The position numbers were made by a program, and so were the translations under genes. DNA of 64,000 nt from Candidatus Mediterraneibacter merdavium (GTDB taxonomy: Bacteria; Bacillota; Clostridia; Lachnospirales; Lachnospiraceae): contig DWYT01000120.1 in NCBI GenBank assembly GCA_019118545.1, positions 1,568 to 65,567 on the forward strand, written 5' to 3'. Numbering within the stretch: position 1 is the stretch's first letter; each line of letters begins with the position of its first letter. The notes beneath the pieces are model-generated. The model was not told where the DNA came from, searched no databases, and worked only from the letters and a program-made list of their open reading frames with translations. Of the stretch, positions 47,795 to 56,783 are shown one piece after another.

Positions 47795-48576
47795 CAGATC
47801 TCCACCTCCGTAGACAGGAATACCGGACCGTCCTTGCAGATCCTTTTATTATTCACATTCGTGTGATGGTCTTTTTCCTTTGACTTGCAGACACAGGCGA
47901 GACAGGCCCCGATACCGCATGCCATCCTCTCCTCAAGGGAAATATAACACTCGATGCCATTTTCCTCTGCGTACGCTTTGACCGCACGGAGCATGGGCGT
48001 CGGCCCGCAGGCGTAAATGATATCCGCACCCAGAGCGTTTTCTCTGATCGCGTCCATCACATTTCCTTTCGTTCCCACGCTTCCGTCCTCTGTGGAAATA
48101 TAGACCTCTCCGTTCTGCTCAAACTCATCCTTCAAAAATGTTTCTCTGTCCCTGTATCCGACAATGATCTGCTTTTTATCACATTTCATCTGCTTTGCCA
48201 GTTCCAGAATCGGCGGTACGCCAATACCGCCCCCTATGAGGAACGCACGTTTTCCCTGTGCCTTCTCATAGGAGAATCCATTTCCCAGAGGGCCGATCAC
48301 CGGGATCGTATCTCCCTCCTGCATCCGGGAGAACAACTCCGTCCCTGTATGCCTGCCCGTCACTCGGTAAACGACTCTCAGACTTCCGTCAGTTCTGTTG
48401 ATCTCACAGATACTGATGGGACGGGGAAGCAGCTTGCTCCCGTCATTTGTATACATAGACAGGAACTGACCCGGCACTGCTGTCTGCGCTGCCTCTGTCC
48501 TGATCCACATACTGTATATATCCTGTGCGATCCTCTCCTGAGAGAGGATCACCGCATCTTCTTTTTTCCTTGCCAT
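47794..48576 (-). CDS. pyrK: Dihydroorotate dehydrogenase electron transfer subunit
   Basis: RPISI, GPLGNGF, GGGIG, CGP, MACGIGACLAC...C [2Fe-2S]. Confidence 0.93.
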   Translation of the reverse strand: MARKKEDAVILSQERIAQDIYSMWIRTEAAQTAVPGQFLSMYTNDGSKLLPRPISICEINRTDGSLRVVYRVTGRHTGTELFSRMQEGDTIPVIGPLGNGFSYEKAQGKRAFLIGGGIGVPPILELAKQMKCDKKQIIVGYRDRETFLKDEFEQNGEVYISTEDGSVGTKGNVMDAIRENALGADIIYACGPTPMLRAVKAYAEENGIECYISLEERMACGIGACLACVCKSKEKDHHTNVNNKRICKDGPVFLSTEVEI

Positions 48577-48631
48577 AGAAACTCCCTGTACGTGTATTTC
48601 ATATTGCGCCGTGCGCCGCCGATAGCTGCGA

Positions 48632-49558
48632 TCACTTCTCTGCCAGAGCACCGCTGATATCCGCGATCATATCCTCGACTGCCGCTCTGGACGCCTCCGC
48701 GAAATTCTCTGCCCCAAACTTCGCATAAGCCTCCTGCTTATAAGCGGCGATGATGCCTCGGGAGGAGTTCACAATCGCTCCAAGTCCGTCTTCGTTAAAG
48801 AAGTGGACAAGGTCTTTGCCTCGTCCGCCCTGTGCACCGTATCCCGGCACAAGGATGTAACTCTTAGGCATGATCTTCCTCAATACTTTGCCCATCTCCG
48901 GGTAAGTCGCGCCTACGACCGCACCGATATAGCTGTACTCATCGCCCATGCAGTCCGCGCCCCACTCGGCGACTTTCTCTCCCACCAGTTCATACAGCGG
49001 ACGGCCATCCACCAACTGATCCTGAAATTCTCCGCTGGACGGGTTAGACGTTTTTACAAGGATGAAGAGTCCTTTTTTTTCCTCCCTGCACACATCCACA
49101 AAGGGTTTTACGCCGTCTGTTCCGAAATATGGGTTCACTGTCACAAAATCCTCATCAAACGGGACATACTCTTTGCTTCCCACTTTTACTTTTCCCATGT
49201 GTGCTGTCGCATATGCGGCGGAAGTAGAACCGATATCACCTCTCTTAATATCTCCGATAACCACGAGGTCTTTCGCCCTGCAGTAGTCCACTGTCTTCTT
49301 AAACGCCTCGATTCCCGGCACCCCGAACTGCTCATACATCGCGATCTGCGGCTTTACTGCCGGAATAAGATCGCATGTCTTGTCCACGATCTCCTTATTA
49401 AACTGCCAGATCGCCTCTGCGGCCCCCTCCAGCGTCTCTCCATATTCAGCGAACGCTTTATCCTGAATATGCTGCGGGATATAACTCATCATCGGATCCA
49501 GTCCGACCACGATCGGCGCCCCTGTCTTTCTAATTCTTTCCACTAATTTGTTGATCAT
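48632..49558 (-). CDS. pyrF: Orotidine-5'-phosphate decarboxylase
   Basis: VGLDP, DIKRGDIGST, KTSNP, LVPGYGAQG, NSSR. Confidence 0.95.
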   Translation of the reverse strand: MINKLVERIRKTGAPIVVGLDPMMSYIPQHIQDKAFAEYGETLEGAAEAIWQFNKEIVDKTCDLIPAVKPQIAMYEQFGVPGIEAFKKTVDYCRAKDLVVIGDIKRGDIGSTSAAYATAHMGKVKVGSKEYVPFDEDFVTVNPYFGTDGVKPFVDVCREEKKGLFILVKTSNPSSGEFQDQLVDGRPLYELVGEKVAEWGADCMGDEYSYIGAVVGATYPEMGKVLRKIMPKSYILVPGYGAQGGRGKDLVHFFNEDGLGAIVNSSRGIIAAYKQEAYAKFGAENFAEASRAAVEDMIADISGALAEK

Positions 49559-49590
49559 GTAAATGTCCTCCGTCATTATTTATTATCAGC

Positions 49591-50064
49591 TTAGAGTATC
49601 TGTGCAAAACCGCCGGGAGCCAGCAGTGTAAATGGAAATACCGGGATATTCCGCAATACCCCGTATACAAATATGGCCGCAAGCACCCCTACGAGAAATT
49701 TCGCATTTATTCTGCGGTCAATATGGTTGCCTCCCGTAACAACCCAGTCCAATGTCCTCGCCGCCGCGTAAAGTCCGATCAATGGAAGTAGCAGCGTCAT
49801 GAGGGGATTGTAACAGAACGCGTCCAGAAACCGCCCGTGAAGGATCGAATAACTGGCGCGCCCCGCCCCGCATCCCGGACAGTATAATCCGGTCAGCACA
49901 TAAAAGATGCACGGAAGCGGATAGTCATACGGATTATGAAAATACAGGTACACCGCACCCGCACAAGCTGCCGCTCCCGCACATAATGTTAACGCTATAC
50001 GCATTTTTCTGTTTTTCCGGAGACTTTCTGCCATCCGCCTGTATCGGCCTTTCCTCATGTACAT
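49591..50064 (-). CDS. DUF2752 membrane protein
   Basis: PCIFYVLTGLYCPGCGAGRA...YNPL; start uncertain. Confidence 0.85.
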   Translation of the reverse strand: MYMRKGRYRRMAESLRKNRKMRIALTLCAGAAACAGAVYLYFHNPYDYPLPCIFYVLTGLYCPGCGAGRASYSILHGRFLDAFCYNPLMTLLLPLIGLYAAARTLDWVVTGGNHIDRRINAKFLVGVLAAIFVYGVLRNIPVFPFTLLAPGGFAQIL

Positions 50065-50065
50065 C

Positions 50066-50674
50066 TTAATAATAGTAGTATCCGGCCGCCCCTATGAATC
50101 CAATCAGCACGAAATAAAGGATGTAGGAGATGATGCCTGCAACGAAAGCGACAATGAGCCATATCTTCGCCGTTCTTGCGGATTTCCTTGCCTCTTCCGT
50201 ATTTCCTTCATTCATCGCGCTGTTGATCTTTGCCGAGAATATGATCGCCACAATACCAAATGGAGGACAGCAGCAAAGTGTGGAAACAATCGACAGAACC
50301 AGATAAGGCACCCAGTTCACCGGCTGTCCCTGATCCTGCTGGTAAGCATTACTCTGGTATCCGCCCTGATATCCGGCTCCGTACCCGGAAGTATCCTGTG
50401 GCCCCGGGCCATAGTTCTGCGTATTCTGGTAAGATGCCTCCGGCTGTGGGTACACAGCAGTGTCCTGCACAGGTGAATCAGACTGTGCGGCAGTTTCTGT
50501 ATGCGTATCTGCTTCTGAGTGTGCAGGTGCATCTGTATGTGCATCCGCCCCAGACTCCGGAACCGGATTTATCTGCGCGTCCGCTGTCTGTGGAGTCACA
50601 GTCTGCTCCGCGCCGCAGTAAGGACAAAACCTTGAGTCTTCCGGGATTTCCTGATAGCACTTAATACAATTCAT
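50066..50674 (-). CDS. Zinc-ribbon + CD225/dispanin family protein
   Basis: CIKC...CPYCG; low-complexity linker; LSIVSTLCCCPPFGIVAII...AR-x2-ARTAK. Confidence 0.85.
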   Translation of the reverse strand: MNCIKCYQEIPEDSRFCPYCGAEQTVTPQTADAQINPVPESGADAHTDAPAHSEADTHTETAAQSDSPVQDTAVYPQPEASYQNTQNYGPGPQDTSGYGAGYQGGYQSNAYQQDQGQPVNWVPYLVLSIVSTLCCCPPFGIVAIIFSAKINSAMNEGNTEEARKSARTAKIWLIVAFVAGIISYILYFVLIGFIGAAGYYYY

Positions 50675-50798
50675 GTTTCTACCTCGCTCTCATATCGTAA
50701 TATTGTATTGAACCGTTTCAATAATAATACCATTGAACGAGGTAAAAAGTCACCATAAAATTACTTTTTTCTTACACTTTCGAGTAACCGGGAATATT

Positions 50799-51413
50799 TT
50801 ACGAATGGCTCAGACCATTCACCTTCCCTATACAGATCATTCCCATCCGCAGAAGTACCGGGCGCAGCGCATTATACAGTACCCCCACAAGTATCACAGA
50901 CACAACCGCGTTCACAAATGTGGCGGCGGCGCTCCATTTCGCCAGTACCTCAGCCATCTCCTGCGGCTGTCCTAAGATAAACATTTTATAAAAATATCCG
51001 ACAATCGGGTCTGCAAGTACATTGAAACCCAGTCCCGCCACAGAAGCAATCACGCTCCAGCGCAGTATATATCTCTTATCCGTACTCTCGTCAATCTTAG
51101 CCACACGGTGGGCCACGAGTCCCACGATAAGTCCGATGCACAGCTTTAACACAAATGTCTTAGGCGCGGAAACGATGTATGCAGGATCAAGGATATCCGC
51201 GATTGTCATTCCCACGGCTCCTGCAAGTCCGCCGTACCAGCCGCCCATGATCAGCGCCCCAAGCACGCAGAACGCATTGCCGATATGGAGAGCCGTCGCA
51301 TCCCCGCCCGGCATAGGAATCTTGATTTTTAAAAATGTAAACGCCACAAAGCAAAGCGCCGCCATAAGGCCTGTCTGTGCAAGCTTAATTAAAGTTTCAT
51401 TTCTCTTTTCCAT
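50799..51413 (-). CDS. ECF transporter S component (possibly vitamin B6)
   Basis: ALHIGNAFC, GGLAGAVGMTIAD, APKTFVLK; several TMs. Confidence 0.8.
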   Translation of the reverse strand: MEKRNETLIKLAQTGLMAALCFVAFTFLKIKIPMPGGDATALHIGNAFCVLGALIMGGWYGGLAGAVGMTIADILDPAYIVSAPKTFVLKLCIGLIVGLVAHRVAKIDESTDKRYILRWSVIASVAGLGFNVLADPIVGYFYKMFILGQPQEMAEVLAKWSAAATFVNAVVSVILVGVLYNALRPVLLRMGMICIGKVNGLSHS

Positions 51414-51460
51414 AGTATTATCCTCTCTTCTGTCTTTGTATCTCTCGTATGATAGCACCA

Positions 51461-51510
51461 GACTGGTTATATAAAAATGTCCAGTTATTATCTTTTTATA
51501 CAGTCCAGTT
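51461..51510 (-). promoter_or_regulatory. Candidate MocR/PdxR-type operator
   Basis: Direct repeats AACTGGAC (51503-51510 and 51479-51486 on the minus strand) plus an inverted imperfect copy at 51461-51468. Confidence 0.5.
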
Positions 51511-51571
51511 TTTAAATATAGTCCTCTCCCTGACAGAACAAAGGATACTTTTCCGCGCTCCGGCCATCGGT

Positions 51572-54340
51572 CTATACATCTTTTCCGAGACGCACGTCTT
51601 CCAGTTCCCTTGCTGACCTGTCGTCAAGATAATCAAACAAGTAATTTCTAAGCGTCGTCCCCTTGCCGAGATGTTCTCCTCTCACTTCTTCAAACACGCG
51701 TTCCACCTCTTCTTTGAGTCCCGGCGCGGACATGCGGTGAGCTCCCTGCCCTAAAATGATGACCTGCTCCAGCGCATCCGATGTAGCGACTGTCACATAC
51801 GCGGATTTCGCGATCTTTTTCACCGTCTTTTCAATATACTGGTCCGCAGTCTCGGCTTCCTTTGTAAATACGATGTGAATGTTGTGGTATTTCACGACCT
51901 CTCCCGGATTCCCTTCTACACGGTAGGCGTCAAACACCAAAATGAGCGTACATTTTTTATATCCCTGATAGTTGCACAAAATATCCGCCAGCTTCCCTCT
52001 CGCCGCCTCAATATTAACATCGGCCAGCTCACGCAGTTCTTCCCATGCAAAGATGATATTGTACCCGTCCACCAGAAGATATTCCACAGTATTTGCCTTG
52101 CCGGAAGACTTCTTTCCCGTGTGCGCAGATACAGTCACAGGACGGCTGTTCACCTTGCGTTTCACAGGATCAGGGGTTCGCACATAGATCGCGTCCAGCT
52201 CCTCCGGTGTAAGCTCGATCTCCCTTCTCGGAGGGCGTACCGGAGCCGCTGATACAACCTCTTCGCCGGAAGTTGTTTTTTTCACGACGCTTTCCACATG
52301 CCTATGCTCCTCCACCTCATACCACGGAACAATGATCCCCGCGCCGTGGGAGCAGAATACGGAATCCGCTGTATTCTCTGTATCAGCGTCCGCGTTATAA
52401 CCGATCCAGCCAATCACTTCCTCGCTGTTGTGGCACACATCATATCCTTTCAGCGTGAGGAAAAGTCTGCCGAATCCGCCTGTATACGCGGCAAACTCTT
52501 TCTGATACCCACGCATTTCCGAGACGGGCGCGCATCCGGTCAGAACTGCCTGATCCTTCTCCGTCTCCGGCCCTTCAAAGTGTCCGCTCATCCTCTGGAT
52601 GTCAGACATGGCCCGTCCCACATTTTCCATGGGAAGCTCCATGCGGAACTCATAATACGGTTCGAGCAAAATCCCCTGCGCCTTTCTCAGTCCCTGACGT
52701 ACCGCCCGGTAAGTCGCCTGACGGAAATCCCCGCCCTCGGTATGCTTCTGATGCGCCCGCCCGGTCAGGAGCGTGATCCTCATGTCTGTCACCGGGGAAC
52801 CGGTCAGAACGCCCTTGTGCTCTTTTTCCTCAAGATGTGTCAGGATAAGCCTCTGCCAGTTCCGGTCCAGTACATCCTCGCTGCATTGTGAAGCGAACTG
52901 CATGCCTGAGCCTCTCTCCCCCGGCTCAAGGAGCAGATGCGCCTCCGCATAATGCCGGAGCGGTTCAAAGTGCCCCACCCCCTCCACGGGCGCGGCGATC
53001 GTTTCTTTATAGACGATATTGCCCTCACCGAATCCGATGACAACGCCGAAACGCTCCTTCACCATCTGCTGGAGCACTTCTGTCTGCACCTCGCCCATGA
53101 GCTGGATATGTATCTCTGAAGAAGTTTCCTCCCACACAATATGAAGCTGCGGCTCCTCTTCCTCTATCTGTCGCAGATTCATGAGCATGGTGTGCACATC
53201 ACAGCCGTCGGGCAGTTCCACCCGATACGTAAGGACAGGCTCTAGCACCGGGAGCGCGGACTCTTTCTCACAACCCATGCCCTGTCCGGGGAACGTTCCC
53301 TCTAATCCGGTCACCGCGCACACCGTACCAGCCTCCGCTTCCTGCGCTGTCTCATACTTTGCCCCGGAGTAGAATCTGATCTGGTTCACTTTCCCGCCGA
53401 CCCCCGGAAGCTCCTCTTTCACCCGCAGCGTCCCGCCTGTGACCTTCAGATAAGTCAGACGGTTTCCCTGAACATCCCGGGATATCTTATACACCTTTGC
53501 GCCAAATTCCTTCGGGTACTGCCTTACTTGCGCCAGCTCCATAAGACCATCCAGAAGCTCCGTGATCCCCTCGGCTTTCAGCGCAGAGCCGAACCAGCAG
53601 GGGAAGACCTTCCGCGATGCAACAGCTCTTCTCAGAGTTTTCCTGTGGATCGAACCGGTTTCCAGATATTCTTCCAGCATATCCTCGTCACAGACCGCGA
53701 GTTCCTCTGCTTTTTCCTCATCCAATATGGGAAGTCCGTCCTGCATGTCTGACAAGCCTTTCTCCCCTCTGTTCTTCTCTCCTGAATCTTTTCCGGCCTC
53801 CTCATTTTTACCCGCGAAGATTCCACTGATATCCGCACAACCCTCTCCGAACCGTTTTTTTAGTTCTTCCATAAGTTTTTCCCTGTCCGCGTCCGGCCTG
53901 TCCATCTTATTTACAAAAATAAAGACCGGAATATGATAGCGTTTCAGAAGACGCCAGAGCGTCACTGTATGGCTCTGGACACCGTCTCCTGCGCTGATGA
54001 TGAGCACCGCGCAGTCAAGCACCTGAAGGACACGTTCCATCTCCGCAGAGAAGTCTACGTGTCCCGGCGTATCAAGAAGTGTAACCTCCATATCCTTCCA
54101 TGTAAATATAGCCTGTTTGGAGAAAATCGTGATGCCCCTCTCCCTCTCAAGCTCATATGTGTCAAGAAATGCGTTTCCATGATCCACACGCCCCATATCC
54201 CGTATTCTTCCGCTTAGATAGAGCATCCCTTCCGACAACGTAGTCTTACCTGCGTCTACATGGGCGAGGACGCCCAGACAGATGCGCTTTGATGTGCCGA
54301 AGTGCGGCGTGTTTCCTTTATTTTCAGACGTATCTCCCAT
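51572..54340 (-). CDS. EF-G/TetM-like translational GTPase fused to a C-terminal NYN (YacP/Rae1-like) RNase domain
   Basis: AHVDAGKT, RGITI, DTPGHVDF, NKMD, GSAL; EF-G-like domains II-V; LLVDGYNII, VFDA, ETADQYIE, VATSD. Confidence 0.9.
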   Translation of the reverse strand: MGDTSENKGNTPHFGTSKRICLGVLAHVDAGKTTLSEGMLYLSGRIRDMGRVDHGNAFLDTYELERERGITIFSKQAIFTWKDMEVTLLDTPGHVDFSAEMERVLQVLDCAVLIISAGDGVQSHTVTLWRLLKRYHIPVFIFVNKMDRPDADREKLMEELKKRFGEGCADISGIFAGKNEEAGKDSGEKNRGEKGLSDMQDGLPILDEEKAEELAVCDEDMLEEYLETGSIHRKTLRRAVASRKVFPCWFGSALKAEGITELLDGLMELAQVRQYPKEFGAKVYKISRDVQGNRLTYLKVTGGTLRVKEELPGVGGKVNQIRFYSGAKYETAQEAEAGTVCAVTGLEGTFPGQGMGCEKESALPVLEPVLTYRVELPDGCDVHTMLMNLRQIEEEEPQLHIVWEETSSEIHIQLMGEVQTEVLQQMVKERFGVVIGFGEGNIVYKETIAAPVEGVGHFEPLRHYAEAHLLLEPGERGSGMQFASQCSEDVLDRNWQRLILTHLEEKEHKGVLTGSPVTDMRITLLTGRAHQKHTEGGDFRQATYRAVRQGLRKAQGILLEPYYEFRMELPMENVGRAMSDIQRMSGHFEGPETEKDQAVLTGCAPVSEMRGYQKEFAAYTGGFGRLFLTLKGYDVCHNSEEVIGWIGYNADADTENTADSVFCSHGAGIIVPWYEVEEHRHVESVVKKTTSGEEVVSAAPVRPPRREIELTPEELDAIYVRTPDPVKRKVNSRPVTVSAHTGKKSSGKANTVEYLLVDGYNIIFAWEELRELADVNIEAARGKLADILCNYQGYKKCTLILVFDAYRVEGNPGEVVKYHNIHIVFTKEAETADQYIEKTVKKIAKSAYVTVATSDALEQVIILGQGAHRMSAPGLKEEVERVFEEVRGEHLGKGTTLRNYLFDYLDDRSARELEDVRLGKDV

Positions 54341-54399
54341 AGAAAATACCCCTTTCTATCCATAATGATCCGAAAATCATCATAGCATAGAAAGGGGTA
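54341..54399 (-). promoter_or_regulatory. 24-bp hairpin covering the RBS of the GTPase-NYN gene (terminator/attenuator-like)
   Basis: Minus strand TACCCCTTTCTAT-G-CTATGATGATT-TTCG-GATCATTATGG-ATAGAAAGGGGTA-TTTTCT-ATG. Confidence 0.7.
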
Positions 54400-54480
54400 G
54401 AAGTCGATTATAATATCATTGGCTCCCCGGCTTGGTTCCTGACACGTCTGCATTGTATTCGCGATTACGCTAGTGTAATA

Positions 54481-55377
54481 TCAGTTATTTACACTGTGGT
54501 GGGGAGCAAAGCTCTCCCGGTCTATCGCCCGGAATTCGTACCCAAGATTTTTATAATACTCTATAATAGCCGGAAGCGCCTGCACTGTATTTTCTTTTGA
54601 CTGGGAATCGTGCAGAAGGAGCATCACATGATGGAACCGGTCTGTCATAGAGTTTGTCTCTAACTCTTCCACGCTCTGCCCGGCACCGTCGCCGCTGTCT
54701 AAATTCCAGTCATAATACTGATAGCCTTTTTCCTGTACGTCCGTTACCAGCTCCGTCATAATCCCCTGCGTGTATTTTTTTGACACCGCATTCGACGACC
54801 CGCCCGGAAAACGGATAAAGCATGGGACATATCCGATCTGTTCTTCCGCGACTTTACCTATCTTATCCAAATCTTCAAAGTATGCGTCCACTGATGAATA
54901 GACTCCTGCATAATCATGTGAATATGTATGAAGTCCGATCGTATGTCCCTCCTCGTATGCCGTCTTAATCAGGGGCCGGTATTCCTCGCGCATACCCGTA
55001 ATAAAAAACGTCGCCTTTGCATCGTACTGTTCCAGAATATCCAGAATCTTTTCTGTATTCGCGGAAGGCCCGTCGTCAAATGTAAGATATACAACCTTTT
55101 CTTCCGCATTCGGCTCCTGTGTCCCAATCGGAACCCCCGGCTGAATAGATGAAGCTTCCGCCCTCTTCTTCTCCGCTTCTTTTGCCGCCTTTTCCGCGGC
55201 CTCTTCCTCAGCAGTTTTCGCCTCCTGCTCTTTGCGTTCTGCCTCAGCCTTCTCCCTTTCGACTGCCGCTTCCTTGCCGTTTGCCACCATGCAGACCGCT
55301 GTCCCGGCAATAGCAAAAAACACCAGACCGCACAATATCATGCCGTTTATATTATAACGGCTTTTTTTCTTTCGCAT
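54481..55377 (-). CDS. Polysaccharide deacetylase (CE4/NodB), membrane-anchored
   Basis: YLTFDDGP, HTYSH, RFPGG, LLLHD; TM and coiled-coil stalk. Confidence 0.92.
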   Translation of the reverse strand: MRKKKSRYNINGMILCGLVFFAIAGTAVCMVANGKEAAVEREKAEAERKEQEAKTAEEEAAEKAAKEAEKKRAEASSIQPGVPIGTQEPNAEEKVVYLTFDDGPSANTEKILDILEQYDAKATFFITGMREEYRPLIKTAYEEGHTIGLHTYSHDYAGVYSSVDAYFEDLDKIGKVAEEQIGYVPCFIRFPGGSSNAVSKKYTQGIMTELVTDVQEKGYQYYDWNLDSGDGAGQSVEELETNSMTDRFHHVMLLLHDSQSKENTVQALPAIIEYYKNLGYEFRAIDRESFAPHHSVNN

Positions 55378-55593
55378 CGTTCCACCTCGTATCCGTATGT
55401 AAGAGCCTCCTATATGTCATGTTGTCATTGCATTTTTCTACTACAATATATTGATTATACGTGGTAATATTTAAGCAAATACTATATTTTGTTTAATTAT
55501 TATTAAATTTTCATGACATCCTGTCGTCAAAAGCCGGATTCTGTAAAATTTTCTTCATTCATCTATTAGAGTCTGGCCATACTGTCAAACTAC

Positions 55594-55638
55594 AAAAAGA
55601 CGCCGATGAGAAACGATACTTTTTATCAGCGTCTTTTT
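55594..55638 (-). terminator. Intrinsic terminator after the LacI gene
   Basis: AAAAAGACGC...GCGTCTTTTT. Confidence 0.75.
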
Positions 55639-55676
55639 CTATGTTGTCTATCCATGTGTCCGTATATATTTTTCAT

Positions 55677-56693
55677 TTATTTCCATGATTCACGGATGAT
55701 CAGGCTGGTCGGAAGGCGGATTCCTCTTGGCTTCCAGATTTGCCCTTCCTCCTTAAACTCCAGCTTTTCCAAAAGCAGTTTAGCACTTTGCCTTCCCATT
55801 TCGAAAGCGTCCTGTCGTATAGTAGTGATGGTCGGCGTATGAATGCTGGTCCATGCGTAATCATCAAAAATAGTGAGACTGATATCCTCCGGTATACGTA
55901 TATCCGCTTCTTTCAGATATTTGACAACGCCCATGCCCATAATATTGCTGACCGCCAGTATAGCCGTCACATCCGTATGATTAAGAAGCCACTTTGTTTT
56001 TTCCTGCGCTTCTTCCATATTGCTGGCGCACTCGCATATATATTCCGGTTTCCATTCTATCCCATGATCCTGATACGCTTTCTGCGCGCCCAAGAGACGC
56101 TCGTCTGAATTGCGGTATTTCCCAAAAATATCACAGAGAATCCCGATCTTTGAATGTCCCCTTTTTATCAGCTCATCGACAGCCTCGTAACTGCCCCCAA
56201 ACGAATCGCTGACCACGTAATCCCTGTCTTCAAACCCCTGCGGAATACGATCGACAAAGACGTATTTTTTTTCTTTTAAAAGTTCCGGTATAAAATCATG
56301 AGCTCCCACAGAAGGAATCAGAATCAGGCCGTCGATCTGACGAGTAATCATGCGGCGGATCTCTTCAATCTCTCTTTGCAGTTCATCTTTGGTGTTCGCC
56401 AAGAGAGCGCAATACCCCCTGTCTCTTAGGACGGAATCAATCCCCAGAACAACCTGCATGATAAAAATATTCGAATTTTCATCGTTGCCGATCGGAATTA
56501 CCAATCCAATCGTATTCGTCTTCTTTGTGCGCAGAGAATGTGCCACCACATTAGGAATGTATCCCACGGCATCCATCGCGTCTTTAACGCGCCGCTGCAC
56601 TTCCTCGGAAACAAACCTTGTTCCGTTAATCACATGCGACACAGTGGACACGGACACCTGCGCCCGCTTCGCCACATCTTTCATATTTGCCAA
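55677..56693 (-). CDS. LacI family regulator
   Basis: MKDVAKRAQVSVSTVSHVIN HTH; IPEDIS, PTITTIRQ; start TTG 56693 or ATG 56684. Confidence 0.93.
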   Translation of the reverse strand: MANMKDVAKRAQVSVSTVSHVINGTRFVSEEVQRRVKDAMDAVGYIPNVVAHSLRTKKTNTIGLVIPIGNDENSNIFIMQVVLGIDSVLRDRGYCALLANTKDELQREIEEIRRMITRQIDGLILIPSVGAHDFIPELLKEKKYVFVDRIPQGFEDRDYVVSDSFGGSYEAVDELIKRGHSKIGILCDIFGKYRNSDERLLGAQKAYQDHGIEWKPEYICECASNMEEAQEKTKWLLNHTDVTAILAVSNIMGMGVVKYLKEADIRIPEDISLTIFDDYAWTSIHTPTITTIRQDAFEMGRQSAKLLLEKLEFKEEGQIWKPRGIRLPTSLIIRESWK

Positions 56694-56783
56694 GCTTACC
56701 ACGCCCTCTTCCAAAAATATCCTTTACTGATTATCCATCATTATATTATAGAAACCCGCGAGAACACAAGTGTTTTCCTTTCC

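Noticed and set aside
51572-54340. Bona fide tet(M)/tet(W) resistance gene
   Set aside because: Domain IV loop differs, there is an extra NYN domain, and no conjugative element context
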